Assembly (NCBI GenBank): GCA_038087875.1
Contig: CM075991.1
Location: 1,612,001-1,676,000, forward strand
Direction: 5' to 3'
Length of the DNA stretch: 64,000 nucleotides
From: Malacoraja senta
Taxonomy: Eukaryota
A program made the translations under genes and the position numbers. The notes below the pieces were generated by a model that saw nothing but the letters and a program-made list of their open reading frames with translations, searched no databases and was not told the DNA's origin. Shown piece after piece: positions 63,126 through 64,000 of this stretch (position 1 is its first letter; every line of letters starts with the position of its first letter).

Positions 63126-63599
63126 TTCTATAGGATGGCTATACTCCTTCAATAGGCATAAATCTGAGTAATCCTGAATATTATATGATTAGTTTTCATT
63201 GTGTTTTTGTGTTGCTCTTCACCTCACAAATTATGAATTATCTACCGCTAGCGTTTCTTCCCCTGACGTAGATCTCACTGGTTCCCACTGAACTATTGTA
63301 TTTATCTGTCCAGGTGGCTATTGTTGGAAAAAAGAACGTGTGTTTTAAATGGTTCAGTATTCGGCTGTCTTTGAAACAAACTGCTATACTGCATTTGTCC
63401 AGCGGAGGGCAACAGCGACCTGTAAGGACGAGCGCAGAAGGCAGCTGATATTAACGTCTGATGATGGATAGACACAAAAAGCTGGAGTAACTCAGCGGGT
63501 CAGGAGAAAAGGAATAGGTGACGTTTCGGGTCGAGGCCCTTATTCTGACTGGGAGTCAGAGGAAAGGGAAACGAGAGTTATAGATGGTTATATAGATGG

Positions 63600-64000
63600 A
63601 GCTAGGGGGCGCCGGAGGAGGGAGATGGCAGCCCTGCCGACAGTCTGTTCGTTCTTTTCATCCTTTTTGTTATTTTTAGCATTTGTTTAAAGTTTGTTTT
63701 TAATGTTTTTCGGTTTGTTTTATGTGGGGGTCGGAGGAAACTTTTTTTTCAGGTCCTTACCTTCCCGGAGATGTGATCAATTTTCGGATCACATTCTCCA
63801 GGCTCTGCGGCCTACCATCGATGGAGCTGAAAGCCCCCTCGGACTGTCGTGATCCCCATCGCGGGGCGCGGACTTACCATCGGAGCGGATCCCTTGCCTG
63901 GGATCGCTCCCACCGCGGCCTGCGGACTTACTTACCATCAAGGGCTCACAGTCTCGGGAGAGGCTAGTCGGGAGCTCCAACGCCGCAGAAGGTGCGTCCA
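63600..64000 (+). mobile_element. Non-coding retroposon family member, truncated by the window end
   Basis: Homologous to the reverse complement of 60710-61030. Confidence 0.55.

Overview
Eukaryotic, repeat-dominated window, most likely from a cartilaginous fish (skate/ray-like; inferred from the CR1, SINE and GPCR content, not proven). Host genes: one intact two-exon GPR139/GPR142-like class A GPCR (minus strand) and a frameshifted paralogue (plus strand). The rest is nested mobile DNA: several CR1 LINEs (one near full length, with a 63-bp array over its ORF1 start), a head-to-tail chain of non-autonomous Helitrons, tiny palindromic hAT-type inserts, Penelope and tRNA-SINE fragments, and a ~16-kb 41-bp satellite that appears to be a Helitron internal repeat. 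A complete but decayed ~9.1-kb endogenous retrovirus (LTR-gag-pro-pol-env-LTR, AACA target duplication) sits in the satellite. The most notable signals are in this provirus: a two-HxT-motif 2H phosphoesterase domain between protease and RT, and a tRNA-Ser primer-binding site of about 35 nt rather than 18. All calls come from manual reading; no database searches were run.
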